From Flectonema sp. DT1601 (lineage: Eukaryota), in contig OZ025796.1 of NCBI GenBank assembly GCA_964019425.1, forward strand, positions 806,001 to 870,000: DNA of 64,000 nucleotides. The letters run 5' to 3'. Positions 30,083 to 40,677 of this stretch are shown here, one piece after another. Numbering within the stretch: position 1 is the first letter of the stretch; the number at the start of each line of letters is the position of its first letter. Made by a program: the position numbers and the translations under genes. The notes beneath the pieces were generated by a model. That model had not been told where the DNA came from. It was given only the letters and a program-made list of their open reading frames with translations, and made no database searches.

Positions 30083-33000
30083 TCATCGCATGGGTTGAGA
30101 AGGAGATTCCGGAGGAGTATGAACCTCAACAGAACGGTTAAAGTTCATTTTACTATTCGGGGATCGAATACAAGAAGTAGTAACATCTCCTTGAGTAGGT
30201 GAACAGATGCTGGAGTTCAGAGAGGAACATCTGGATGAACGTGGACTCTCAAGTTGATTTCCAAATGAAAACTTCTTCCGATAAATATTAACAGTTGATC
30301 CACACGAAGAGCCTTGAAGAGAGTTTTGAACACTACTTCCTGTTTTACAAGAAGGTCTTCTGAGTACAAGACTAATTCTTGGAGATGCTCTTGGGGAACT
30401 TTGTAGACTGTCACCTGTTCGACTATCACCTGTTCTACTGTGAGTTCTCTCCCTGATGATGCTTGTTCTCGTAGACCCCAACGATCCTTTTGGTGTTTCG
30501 ACAGTTCTACGTAATGAGTCGCGAGTGAGTCGCGAGAAAACGTCACCAGAAACGGAGGAAAAACTCTCGACTGCGCTGCTCTTTCGTCGAGTAGATGAAT
30601 AACTGGCTTTGTCACTACTCTGATGGGTACTTTTGAGCGAGGAAACTGCCTCTCTCAGCCACAGCAGAAAAATTACGAAGTGAGCAACCATAGAATCAGT
30701 GAGAAGTTGAACAGATTTCCCGACTTCCTCTGATTTATTAAAAGGTGTCTTCTTCTTAAGAATTGCCAGCAAATCCGTAGCGACGTTGTTTTTATTGATG
30801 CTGCTTCTTCGTTGCCCATTTCCGTTACCTTTTATCAAATTGAGCCACTTTGATATTGACGAGTCCCTCATTGTACTATTTTCAACACATTCCCTAACGA
30901 TGTTACAAAAGACTCTACAAAGTCGATGGACTGCCAGGACGTGTGACTGCTCTGGGCAGGTTTTCCCCATTGTTTTTGATTCAGTTTTTCTAGATAATGA
31001 AGACGGTTGAGGGACGTCATTTTTTACAACCGTTTGCGTTGATCTGTTAACAACATTACTACTCAACCGTCTACGAGATTGTTTATAAACTGCGTAGACG
31101 GCTTCATCCAGAGTGACGGTTTGCAACGCAAACTTCTTAAGGACAGGGGTAGCGGTTGGTTTTACATCGAATAATCCCATGCAGCAGTTTTCGAGTGTTT
31201 GACGTAAGGTTCTTCTTGATAGAGGAATAAGTATTTGGATTTTTTTAAAAACAGATGTTCTTTCTCGCGTTGAATCACCTGCTGAAAAGTCGACAGTACA
31301 GATCTCAGAATGTGATTTTAATATTTCGTATTCATTGGATTGCCGACCTTGTGCTGTGTCTTCGATTGATTGAAATAAAAAGTATCGTCCAAGAAGACTA
31401 ACTGGATAGGCTTGATGCAAACTGATATCAGGATACTCTTCAACCACACCTAAATACATTATCGCGTATGGGATAGAATAATCTTTTTGATCTTCATGAA
31501 ATGATAAAGCATCCTTAGCTGCATCAGATAACAGTGTCTGACCAGCACAGGCATAGTCAGCCATGATTGAAGTAAATGAGACTTCAGGTCCGTGATATGT
31601 AACTTGTTTTGAAAACAGATCAACAGATCGTTGAGCTTTTGGCATCACATGCATTGCTATTCGAACTTGTAAACCAGAAAGAACTATCTCTCCATCCCAT
31701 GATTGTGATTCTATATACTGAGTTAGTAATTCTGAATTAAAATTACCATCTTGCAATGTTTGTTGAACATGTAAACACCAATCAAATGCACTAATAATAT
31801 CATTCGTGATCGCCATTGCCTTGCCGTTTGTAATTCGAATATAAGGAATAGCATAGCAAGTAGATGATTCATTTAGTAAATCTCTGTAGTACGATTCGAT
31901 AGAATGCCAGTCTGTGTCAGAAAGTGATGATTTAATCTCTTCGTGACTTACAACTTCAATTATAACAACAGCTACCTCACCTTCCGGATACAAAAAGTCA
32001 TCCGCTGGTATTTCATCGTCGTATTCTTCTTGTGGAGATGGTTGTTTTTCATTTGATGGTTTTGTTGGTTGTTTTGCAGCTTCAAAAGTTTTTTGACGAT
32101 CCTCCAACACTTTTGGTACCAAACAAAATATCTCAACCTCGTCTGCGATACCCTTCAGCCTTACAGTGTTGAAGTGAGACACAATAGGGTTGCCTAATGC
32201 TGGTAAATATTTTACAATAGAATCGACGATGTCGTAGGTCGCTGATATCATTCCTCCAACAGCTTGAGACTCAACTCTGGCTGCTTTGTTAACCGTGGGA
32301 CCAAAGTAGTCAATCCTACCTGTGCATGGATCTTTTTGAGAGAGAGGAACTCCACTATCGATACCTATCCTAACTCTCAAACCATTCCACAGATGTGTTG
32401 GAATTCCTGCGAGTTCTGTGTCGCAGTAACCCTCAGGAAGGTTCAATACGTCTTTTGGGTTTGTTGATGATGCAGTTTTCGGTCTCAGTGCTGTTTTTAA
32501 TTTATAATTGTTAGGAGTTTTAAGGACAACTTTTTTTTTAAAAATATTAATTTCAGACTCTAAATGTATACAAACCTTTGAGATTACTGCTACGTTCAGT
32601 ACAACATTCAGCTACAGTGAGAAGATCTGCAGGCCAGTCTTGTTCGAGTAGCTTTAGTTGTATTGCTAGTGAACACCCAACAGCAAAACGAGGTTCTGAA
32701 AAAGCGACCATGAAAGCATCACCGATGGTCTTCACTTCATAACCATGATATCTGGATATACATGAACGAATTAGTTTATTATGAGCAGTTAGTGATAAAG
32801 TCATAGCAGCTGGTTGTTGTTCCCAAATATTTGTACTTCCTTGAATGTCTGTGAATATTAATGTAACCTTACCAGTTGGAGCAATAACTTCACCAGGATT
32901 ACTAGAAATTGACATCCTGTTTGATAATCTAACAGTTGACACTGCAGCCTTTAGGGTGTGAACTCTTCCCGTCAGTCTTGAAATGTCACTTCCATTTTCC

Positions 33001-33701
33001 TTTATCTGTCTACGATTATTCGGGTTAGAGGCTACTCGCAAAGCCTCAGTCATCTTTTCAGTAAGGGTTTTTATTTGTAGTTCAGCAGATTGAAGATCTT
33101 CTTTCAGATTTGATATTGTTCTCGTCTGTCGAGTTAGCTGCTCGTTGGCGGCCGAAGCTGCCGAACGCTGATTCTCAATTTCGATGAGAAATAATTGAAT
33201 TTGAAGTATTAGTTGCCTTTCGTATTCTTTACTATCATTGTGAGGAATGTAAGAAGTACTTGTTGAGGAGGTGGAGGACTCATCTGGGAGACACATCCCT
33301 CGAGCAACAGAAAGGTTTCTCGTTAGAATTCGAAGTTGATCAACACAGTTCGTAAGAGTTGCGTGTTCGCTTAGAAGGAGTTCAACTGTTCTTGGGGTCT
33401 GAGAGTCTTCTAAATTATCTATTTCATTTTTTTCTGTTTCAACAACGAGTCTTGCCGTTGCTGTTGCTCTAACCGACTTCTTACCACAGCCACATTTAGA
33501 ACACAAAGGATACATTTGATTTCCTCGATCAATCATCGCCGTTGCCTTTTCAAAATGTCTTTCCTTTCTGCGAAGCGGAGCTGTTCCTGGTCTGGGTATC
33601 GAAACTACCAATGGCGATTTCCATTTCTCTTCAATTCTCGTTTCATCCGCCAGTAGTGACGCCACATCAATATCGTTAAGTGGTTCTAATTTTCGTACCA
33701 T
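30083..33701 (-). CDS. Class III adenylate cyclase, 2 exons: coiled coil + intact catalytic domain + second degenerate cyclase domain
   Basis: LIFTDIQGST, YEVKTIGDAFMVAF, GLRVRIGI and DYFGPTVNKAARVES. Intron 32491-32575 joins the two ORFs in frame (SNLKALRPKTASSTNPKDVLNLPEG). Second copy GLQVRIAMH...TYHGPEV...AGQTLLS. Confidence 0.88.
32491..32575 (-). other. GT-AG cis-intron (85 nt)
   Basis: AAAG|GTTTGT...CCTAAC (branch-point-like)...ATTAAAAACAG|CA; restores a continuous cyclase domain. Confidence 0.9.
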
Positions 33702-34247
33702 TTCATTTCATATTGTGGTGTTTATTTCTTTTTATGAGCGATAATTAACATTAGTCGTATTCTACTCATCTTATGTATTTCTAATAATTTTTTTTTTTCG
33801 CATTTAACAAGTATTGCAAGAACGAAAAAGAATGTTGGGCAGCACATGTAAACCTGCTTTAGCTTTATCAGTTTAAGTCGGTTCACAGGTTTCGTGACAC
33901 AAACAAAACATCACAGTGTTGTATCACCATTTTCTGTATTGTTTATGATAAAGCCAATTCTTTTTCTTTTTTATACAACAAAAAAAAAAACAAAAAAAAA
34001 AACGACACGTTGTTAATAATTTTTTAGTACTCGCATAACGCACTCATCATTGCCCGAAACGCAAAGCAACAGCAGCAACAACAATTAAAAAAAAAAGAGG
34101 AAAAAAAATTAAAATGAACAATAAATACAATCTATTATGTAATTAAGCGAATGAAAGATTCAATATGTTTATACAAATAAAACCTTTATAAAAAATGACA
34201 TCGAAATATTAATTTATAATAAAAGGGTGTCGTTCAAAAGTTCCTTC

Positions 34248-36935
34248 TTATCTTTCAGAAAACCTCAATAAAAGAGTAGGTACAGTAGATGATATATTTC
34301 TAACATCATCACACGAAGTAACACTCTTACTTCCAATGTGTGTTAGTTTCATACCAACACACTTAGTGAGACCTGAAGTGCTCGCTGGAGTGCCAGACTC
34401 AACTGCTTCTAAAGTGAGATCTGACTCACCTGCGAATTTGCAACCCAGAGAAGTATTTGATGATTTTGTTACTAAGAATTCTAAATATTCAGATCGAGGA
34501 CTCGAACTGATCGATAAGCTCATGAAGGAGGATTCTCTATCTGGAGAATGTGTTACTCTGTAACTCGATGCGGAGACTGCTCGCAGTGATACCTGCAGGC
34601 GGCGAGTTGTGACATCACAGAATTCTGCCTCCGCTCTGGCTGAATGTATGTTGGCTTCAGATTCGGATATCTCACCGGCGGTCATTTTTTTAGCGTTTTT
34701 AACAAAATAATCCTCCAACATCTCAACCTTCTCCCACGCTTCAGCAGAAGCTCGTTCAGCATCAATAAGCGCCTGGTCTTCATGAGGAGGAGACCACTCA
34801 GTCTGATGTAAGTTTCTCGGATTTACAATACTCGCCTCCTCATCAACATTCTCTCTGATGTTTATCGTTATTCGAGGTGGAGGACTGTGAGGATTGTGAG
34901 GACTGTGAGGACTGTGAGGACTGTGAGGACTGTGAGGACTGTGAGGACTGTGAGGACTGTGAGGATCACTTTTGTTATCATTGATTCGTATTCTCTCCCT
35001 GAAATTTGTTAAAGGAGCAGAGCTAGTCACGGTATCGATTATCTTTATCTTATCAGATTTATTTGAGAAAGTAACCCTTGCAGGTGGAGTAGTAACCTTC
35101 CTGTCATGTTGCTTAGAGATATCATTATTTGTTATGTCAGCTGCAGTACGAGGAGTTGATCGTTTCTGATTAGTGTTGTCATTTTGATTTGATAGTTCTC
35201 GTGAGTTAAATTGAACAGCAGAGGTCTTCTCTGTTGCTTCAGAGATATTAGTAGTTCGAGGTGTTGGATTTAATGGAGGCTTTCCTTCATCTTCAACAAT
35301 TGGAGAAGTTGCGATAGACTTCATGACTGGACTGAGTGAATTATTATGTTGACGCTGACTGATGTCAACATTAGTTGGAGTTGGTGTTTGTTGAGCTTCC
35401 ACATTGTTGTTGGGCTGAGTAAGGTTGTCTTCAGTGATAGGTTTTACTTTTGGGGTGTGCATCTGTAAGAATTTTAAACTGTCTGACTTTTCCGGAGTTG
35501 TAGTCGAAACCAGAATGAGAGAATTTCCCTTTTCAGTATTTACACTTTCTGTGTTACTCCCATCAGGTTTTTTCATAAATATTGGAAGCAACGGTGGAGA
35601 CTCTGCCACTGTCGTTACCCTTCGCTGAGCTGTTGGTGTTCGAGATTTAATTGGAGTGCTGATCTTTTCATTTCGTTGTGATTTTAATTGTTGTAATCTA
35701 TCGGATAAATCCTCAAAGTCAGATGGTTGTTTAGTTTTGATCGGTGATTTTATTTTCTTTAACTTTTTGATTTCTTCCAACTGCTTTGCCAACTCTCTCA
35801 ACGAAATAGCCTCATCATTTGCAGATAATCTACTCCTTCCTGAACTCGATCGTTTTTTATTTTTAATACCATGTATTTGTTTTGATATTTCTGTTATTGC
35901 CCGAGCATCAGGATCAGGTATCGGGTCTGTCTGTGTGATATGTGTCTTTTTTGGAGCCATTTTCAAATTATTTTCAGCCTTCAACACCAACAAGTTTGAT
36001 CTGAGTTTTTGAAGCTCGGATTGGATTTCTATATTCGCATCTTTGGAACTTTGTAGTTCTTGTCGTAAGTCATCGATTGTTGTTTCTAAATTGGAAGTTG
36101 TGGACTGTAATGCGATTGTTGTGTCGCTGACCTCTTCTTCAAGAGAAGTACTGTCGTCATCGTTGTTGGTTAAGAACTTTTCTAAGTTGCGTAACTTTGG
36201 GAATCGACTTCTAGAATTCACAAGTCCATCAGAAATAGTTTCTCTACTCTGAGTTGGTGAATACATCTGTGGTATTGTTCTTCGCGGAGATTGAGATACC
36301 GATGGAGACAGCGATCCTTGAGCAGCAATACTCGCTGCGTGTCGGGCTAAAATCGCTTCAGCAGATACTAATTCCGGTTCAGAATGTTTGGAATCATCAC
36401 TCGCACAACTTTCACTATCACTATCAAATTCCTGATTTTTAAATAAAACTGCCGCCGCAGTAAAAGCTGCACTGTGACCCAATCTCAACGAGTTAAGTGG
36501 TTTCTCAATCTCATTATCAACAACGTCTGATGATTGACTTATGGTTTTGAGCTTTGAAATCAGAATCCACTTAGAAAAGTATTGCGATCTCAAGAATCTC
36601 TCATTACCTAACTGACTAGAGATAGCATACTGATTCTTTATGGTATAGTTAGAACTTGAGAAACAACGCTGCAGGTGATTAACGTACAGTTTTCTGTAGT
36701 ATTTTGATGCAAGTTGGTTACTCGCAGCCTTCATCAAAGGTTGGGCTATCCTTCTTAAATATATTCTTTTATTTCGATACCGTTGTAAACAATTATAACG
36801 TTGTGTGAGTAAACGTATTTCAGATAGTTTCACAAGGCTGTCTAGTAGAGGAGAATTCCCTTCCTTTGCCTTTAATAGTGTCATTTTATCCCAAAAAGCT
36901 GCATTCCTCCCCCACGACTTATCTTCAGAAGCCAT
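34248..36935 (-). CDS. Hypothetical protein (895 aa): coiled coil, (PHS)n repeat, C-terminal PDZ-like domain
   Basis: C-terminus SLGCKF...LTLEAVESGTPA..SGL..CVGMKLTHIGSKSV resembles a PDZ fold. Confidence 0.72.
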   Translation of the reverse strand: MASEDKSWGRNAAFWDKMTLLKAKEGNSPLLDSLVKLSEIRLLTQRYNCLQRYRNKRIYLRRIAQPLMKAASNQLASKYYRKLYVNHLQRCFSSSNYTIKNQYAISSQLGNERFLRSQYFSKWILISKLKTISQSSDVVDNEIEKPLNSLRLGHSAAFTAAAVLFKNQEFDSDSESCASDDSKHSEPELVSAEAILARHAASIAAQGSLSPSVSQSPRRTIPQMYSPTQSRETISDGLVNSRSRFPKLRNLEKFLTNNDDDSTSLEEEVSDTTIALQSTTSNLETTIDDLRQELQSSKDANIEIQSELQKLRSNLLVLKAENNLKMAPKKTHITQTDPIPDPDARAITEISKQIHGIKNKKRSSSGRSRLSANDEAISLRELAKQLEEIKKLKKIKSPIKTKQPSDFEDLSDRLQQLKSQRNEKISTPIKSRTPTAQRRVTTVAESPPLLPIFMKKPDGSNTESVNTEKGNSLILVSTTTPEKSDSLKFLQMHTPKVKPITEDNLTQPNNNVEAQQTPTPTNVDISQRQHNNSLSPVMKSIATSPIVEDEGKPPLNPTPRTTNISEATEKTSAVQFNSRELSNQNDNTNQKRSTPRTAADITNNDISKQHDRKVTTPPARVTFSNKSDKIKIIDTVTSSAPLTNFRERIRINDNKSDPHSPHSPHSPHSPHSPHSPHSPHNPHSPPPRITINIRENVDEEASIVNPRNLHQTEWSPPHEDQALIDAERASAEAWEKVEMLEDYFVKNAKKMTAGEISESEANIHSARAEAEFCDVTTRRLQVSLRAVSASSYRVTHSPDRESSFMSLSISSSPRSEYLEFLVTKSSNTSLGCKFAGESDLTLEAVESGTPASTSGLTKCVGMKLTHIGSKSVTSCDDVRNISSTVPTLLLRFSER
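34882..34962. repeat. 9-bp coding tandem repeat (GGACTGTGA) x9 encoding PHS
   Basis: Directly visible; one variant unit GGATTGTGA. Confidence 0.95.
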
Positions 36936-37198
36936 AATTATTTTTTTTTATTTTTGTTATATTTTCCGTGGCATTACTTGATTAGTGGGAAACGAGTTGT
37001 TTTAAATAAAAAAGAAGGTTCCCAAACACCAAAGTAAATATCTCAAATCAAATTTCACATAATATTTCTGCAAATTTAAAATAATAATTAAACAAACAAC
37101 TATAACAACAAGGATAGCAGTTTACGTACAATCTAAGGTGGGCTAGTTATTAAAAATGAATTATAAAGTTTGAATTATAAAAAAGTGCACTCAACTAA

Positions 37199-37876
37199 CT
37201 ATGCTGCTCGAAGTCTGACAGAAACTGGTTTACGACGAGAAGGAGAAGGAGTGTTTGGTGATTGCGATTTTTGAAATGCCCATCCTCGACTAGGGCTAAT
37301 CATGATAGCTGCTTCTGGTGATCCTTCACTGTGAAGCATTGAATGTGATTCAAGAAGGGCTTGTTCACGAAGAGCTGTTTCTTGTCTTCGTAGTTTCTTA
37401 TCAGGAGATACTGAAGGACTGATTGACGTTGCAGGAGGAGGAGGAGTGCTAACAACATAACTATTCTCTCTCTCTCTGCGAGTCGATTTCATTTCTAAGT
37501 CACGGATTATTTTATCCTTAGCAGCTGTGACTACGAGTAGTTCTGAGTGCTCTCTTTCAAGTTTTCTATATCTCTGAAGTAAAGCATCCATTAGCTGTTG
37601 TACATTAAGTAGTTGTTCAATAGTAACCTTCTCTTCTGAAGTAGGTGATTGTGATTGTGATTGTGATTGTGGTTGTTGTTGTTGTGATCGAGGAGGGCTG
37701 ACATCACGTAGTTTTAAAAATTGTTTTAAAGTAGTTGACAACAGCTCTTTATCATCAATCAACCCGCTCACGAGAGCTCCGACATCCGTGTCAACAGCTG
37801 CTGCTAATATTCTAGTCTTTTCGTAGTCTGTCATCTCTAATTGGGAAATGCTTTTTATTGTTTCTTCAGACGACAT
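37199..37876 (-). CDS. Hypothetical coiled-coil protein (225 aa)
   Basis: ORF with heptad-like middle; pyrimidine-rich AG at 37890 just upstream. Confidence 0.7.
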   Translation of the reverse strand: MSSEETIKSISQLEMTDYEKTRILAAAVDTDVGALVSGLIDDKELLSTTLKQFLKLRDVSPPRSQQQQPQSQSQSQSPTSEEKVTIEQLLNVQQLMDALLQRYRKLEREHSELLVVTAAKDKIIRDLEMKSTRRERENSYVVSTPPPPATSISPSVSPDKKLRRQETALREQALLESHSMLHSEGSPEAAIMISPSRGWAFQKSQSPNTPSPSRRKPVSVRLRAA

Positions 37877-39412
37877 TTTTTTAGTTCTCCTGAAGGTAGA
37901 TGAAATAACTTTCTGATAGGAGTCAAGGGTGGGTAACTTTCATGGAATTTTTATATGTTTGTTTTCACTGTTATCAATAAATGTAATGTTACGTAATAAT
38001 TAAAAAACAATATTCCGACAGCTTCAGCCGTTTTTTACGGAACCAGCTACGTGTGTGTTGTGAGTGTGAAATAAGAAATCGTTTTCTCATTTATTCTTAT
38101 TTTTATTTTTTTTCTTTTCTTAGCGGCAATTCTCACTACCAGAACATCACGCCTTAGGTTCTTGGGAGTGAACACATGGGCAGGTCCCTTTCGTGAGTTT
38201 CCGCGTTGTGATTGAATGCGGCTTCAATCAAAAAGTCAAACGGCTTATAAAACAATAAAAAGTAATACAAATAGATAATAGGGATGGCAAAAAAAAAGGA
38301 GAAAAAAAACAAGTCAGTGTGAAGTGTGAATTGTCTTTTTTTTTTTTCCGCCGGGAAAATAATTTTTTTTAGCGAGAGGGAAAAATTCAAAAGCCTCAAA
38401 GGGAAAAAAAAACCCCTCATTCTTCATTCGGGTTTTTTTTTTTTTTTTTTTTTTGAGAATGAGAGCCTGAAATCTTTTTTTCTCTTTTTAAAAAAAAAAA
38501 ACCCTGCTTGACCCCATTTTCCTCGTAACACATACCAGGAAACAGATTACGGGACCAGAGCAGAGTATTTTTAAAAAAAAAGGGAAAAAAAAAAAAACAG
38601 ATCTCACTCTGCATTTTTTTTCCAGTTTCAGATAGCACCAAGAAGTAACAAGAAACGCACACACACATGGGATGGCTGCTAAACTGGTTTTGAAGGGATG
38701 CTTAAGAAAAACATATGGTATGGAGAGGAAGAGAGGAAACAAATAATGGCGGGGGGAAATCAAAAAAAAAAAAAAAGAAATGCATGAGAAGTAATTACCG
38801 GTATTGCACTAAGATAGATAAAAAAAACTCTGCAAAAGACTAAATAATTACGAACAAACAAACAAAAATATAAAAAATAAAAAAACGTTATGACTGCATT
38901 ACTGATGCACACATAACGAAAAACACACGAAAAGCTTCTCAACTCAAAATAAGTTCAATCACGCGAGAAAAGCCTAATTAGGTTGTCAAAAAAAAAGTCC
39001 GACAATTCGTAATGAAAAAAAAAAAAAAAAAAATATGACCCAGCAAAGTAGAATAATTATATCAAATCACACACCCAAGTTCCCCCAAACTCTTTTTCTT
39101 TTAAATAAAACATCAGTATCAAAGCAGTATTGTCACACAAAATAACAGTATCATGGCATACAGATATCACAAGTAACGCAAACAACTCACAAACAGCGAG
39201 TACATCACTCGCTATTCGAAACATGTAGGTGCTTGCTTTACGATGTGTATTCTAACCATGAAGTCACAAACGTCGGACTGACCTGCTCTCAAACTAATTC
39301 TTATCAACAGGAACATCAATTGGGTGTTTTCTATTTTGAGGAATACTTTCTTTTTTATGTTATTATTTATTATTTTATCACAAATATAAAAAAATAAAAA
39401 AAAAATTCAAGA

Positions 39413-39805
39413 CTAACAACCATCAACAGAATTACATGAATGAATTCCCATGAGTCGAATGTTGAAAGTTTTAGTCGCGTGAGGAATTCCCTGTTTGGCG
39501 TAAACCTCAGCAAGAGGTTGGTAGTGAGCAGCAGGACTGCATGTCACTTGAGCTGTTTCACCAACAGTCATGCTTCTTACACTCTCGTCTAAGCATTTAT
39601 CAATTCCTCCCATTCCAACTGGAAAGTAACCCTTTCCTGCATATGGCTTACCTTCTGGAGTTGTTCCTTCATACACAACTCTTGCTCTTTGTCCTCTCAA
39701 AGGGAACGTAGATCCATCACCAGGACTCAAAGTAGCAACTTTCACTCCATCAGCTGGAATTCTAATTGACTTTGGTTCGTTAGCGTAGGCTTGAGTGTTT
39801 CCCAT
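39413..39805 (-). CDS. Divergent FKBP-type peptidyl-prolyl isomerase, putative N-myristoylated
   Basis: GVKVATLSPGDGSTFP..GQ...V.YEG...EGK, MTVGETA.VTCSP and GIPHAT..F.I.L align with the FKBP12 fold; MGNT N-terminus. Confidence 0.85.
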   Translation of the reverse strand: MGNTQAYANEPKSIRIPADGVKVATLSPGDGSTFPLRGQRARVVYEGTTPEGKPYAGKGYFPVGMGGIDKCLDESVRSMTVGETAQVTCSPAAHYQPLAEVYAKQGIPHATKTFNIRLMGIHSCNSVDGC

Positions 39806-39914
39806 TTTTTTTAAAAAAGTAATAAAAAAGGTATTTAAAAGGCGAATATACCTGTGGGTAGAATAAATGACAATTAAAGGAAACGAGAAAAACTGATAAA
39901 CCGGAACATTGAAA

Positions 39915-40547
39915 CTACGAAAACAGAATTATTAATAATGAAGGAAGTCTAAACTGACCTCCACCCGTATCTTGAAGAACGCAGTCGATATATGACTCAC
40001 CAGGTATTCCAGATGGAAACAGTTGAAGTGTTCCAGTAGTTGGATTTGAAATAGTGTTTTGCATATCTCTGAGGTTTATAATAACTGAAGAAGAAAACAA
40101 AACATCATTTGAAACAATACACTGAAGTGGACTGAATAAACTATCATTATTTTCATCCATAGCAGTCTGTGGTCCAGCTGACACATTTTGTAAGAAGTCT
40201 ACGTATTCTACTACTGACTGGTCAGCTGGGACATACAACACTTGTTCTTTCCACTGGGCTGTTGGGATATCATTTACTGGTTCAACTATGAGATTTAATT
40301 CATTATCTTTACACTTGATAATAACATCACCAACTGCATTGGAACGAATTGCTATAAACGGAGGTCTCGATCTTATGTAGACTGCTAATTGACCGTCGGC
40401 TAAACACTCCGACATTGTTGCAATACATTCTTGATTACCAACCCACGAGACGGTTTCAATCCCAGGGTTGTAAGGTGTTTCCCTTCCATCCTCTGGTACT
40501 TTAACTAAACAGGCGATAATAGCATTATATAAGAAGATTAACAACAT
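39915..40547 (-). CDS. Secreted/surface protein with cadherin/Ig-like segment
   Basis: Hydrophobic N-terminus, VEPVNDIPTA motif, hydrophobic C-terminus. Confidence 0.6.
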   Translation of the reverse strand: MLLIFLYNAIIACLVKVPEDGRETPYNPGIETVSWVGNQECIATMSECLADGQLAVYIRSRPPFIAIRSNAVGDVIIKCKDNELNLIVEPVNDIPTAQWKEQVLYVPADQSVVEYVDFLQNVSAGPQTAMDENNDSLFSPLQCIVSNDVLFSSSVIINLRDMQNTISNPTTGTLQLFPSGIPGESYIDCVLQDTGGGQFRLPSLLIILFS

Positions 40548-40677
40548 GGTAGATGGTTACTTTTACATTTTACCTGTCAGAGAGAAGTAATACATAACGT
40601 GATTCACGTGGACTGATCTCAAAAATACGAAAGTTTTCACCAGAGCGTGTAATGAATAAAGAAGTAAGGTTTAATTT

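Noticed and set aside
38154..38942. Phe/Lys-rich short ORFs (similar ones at 7194-7637, 14033-14277, 42886-43714, 54892-55637)
   Set aside because: Translations of intergenic poly-A/poly-T runs with no protein-like content
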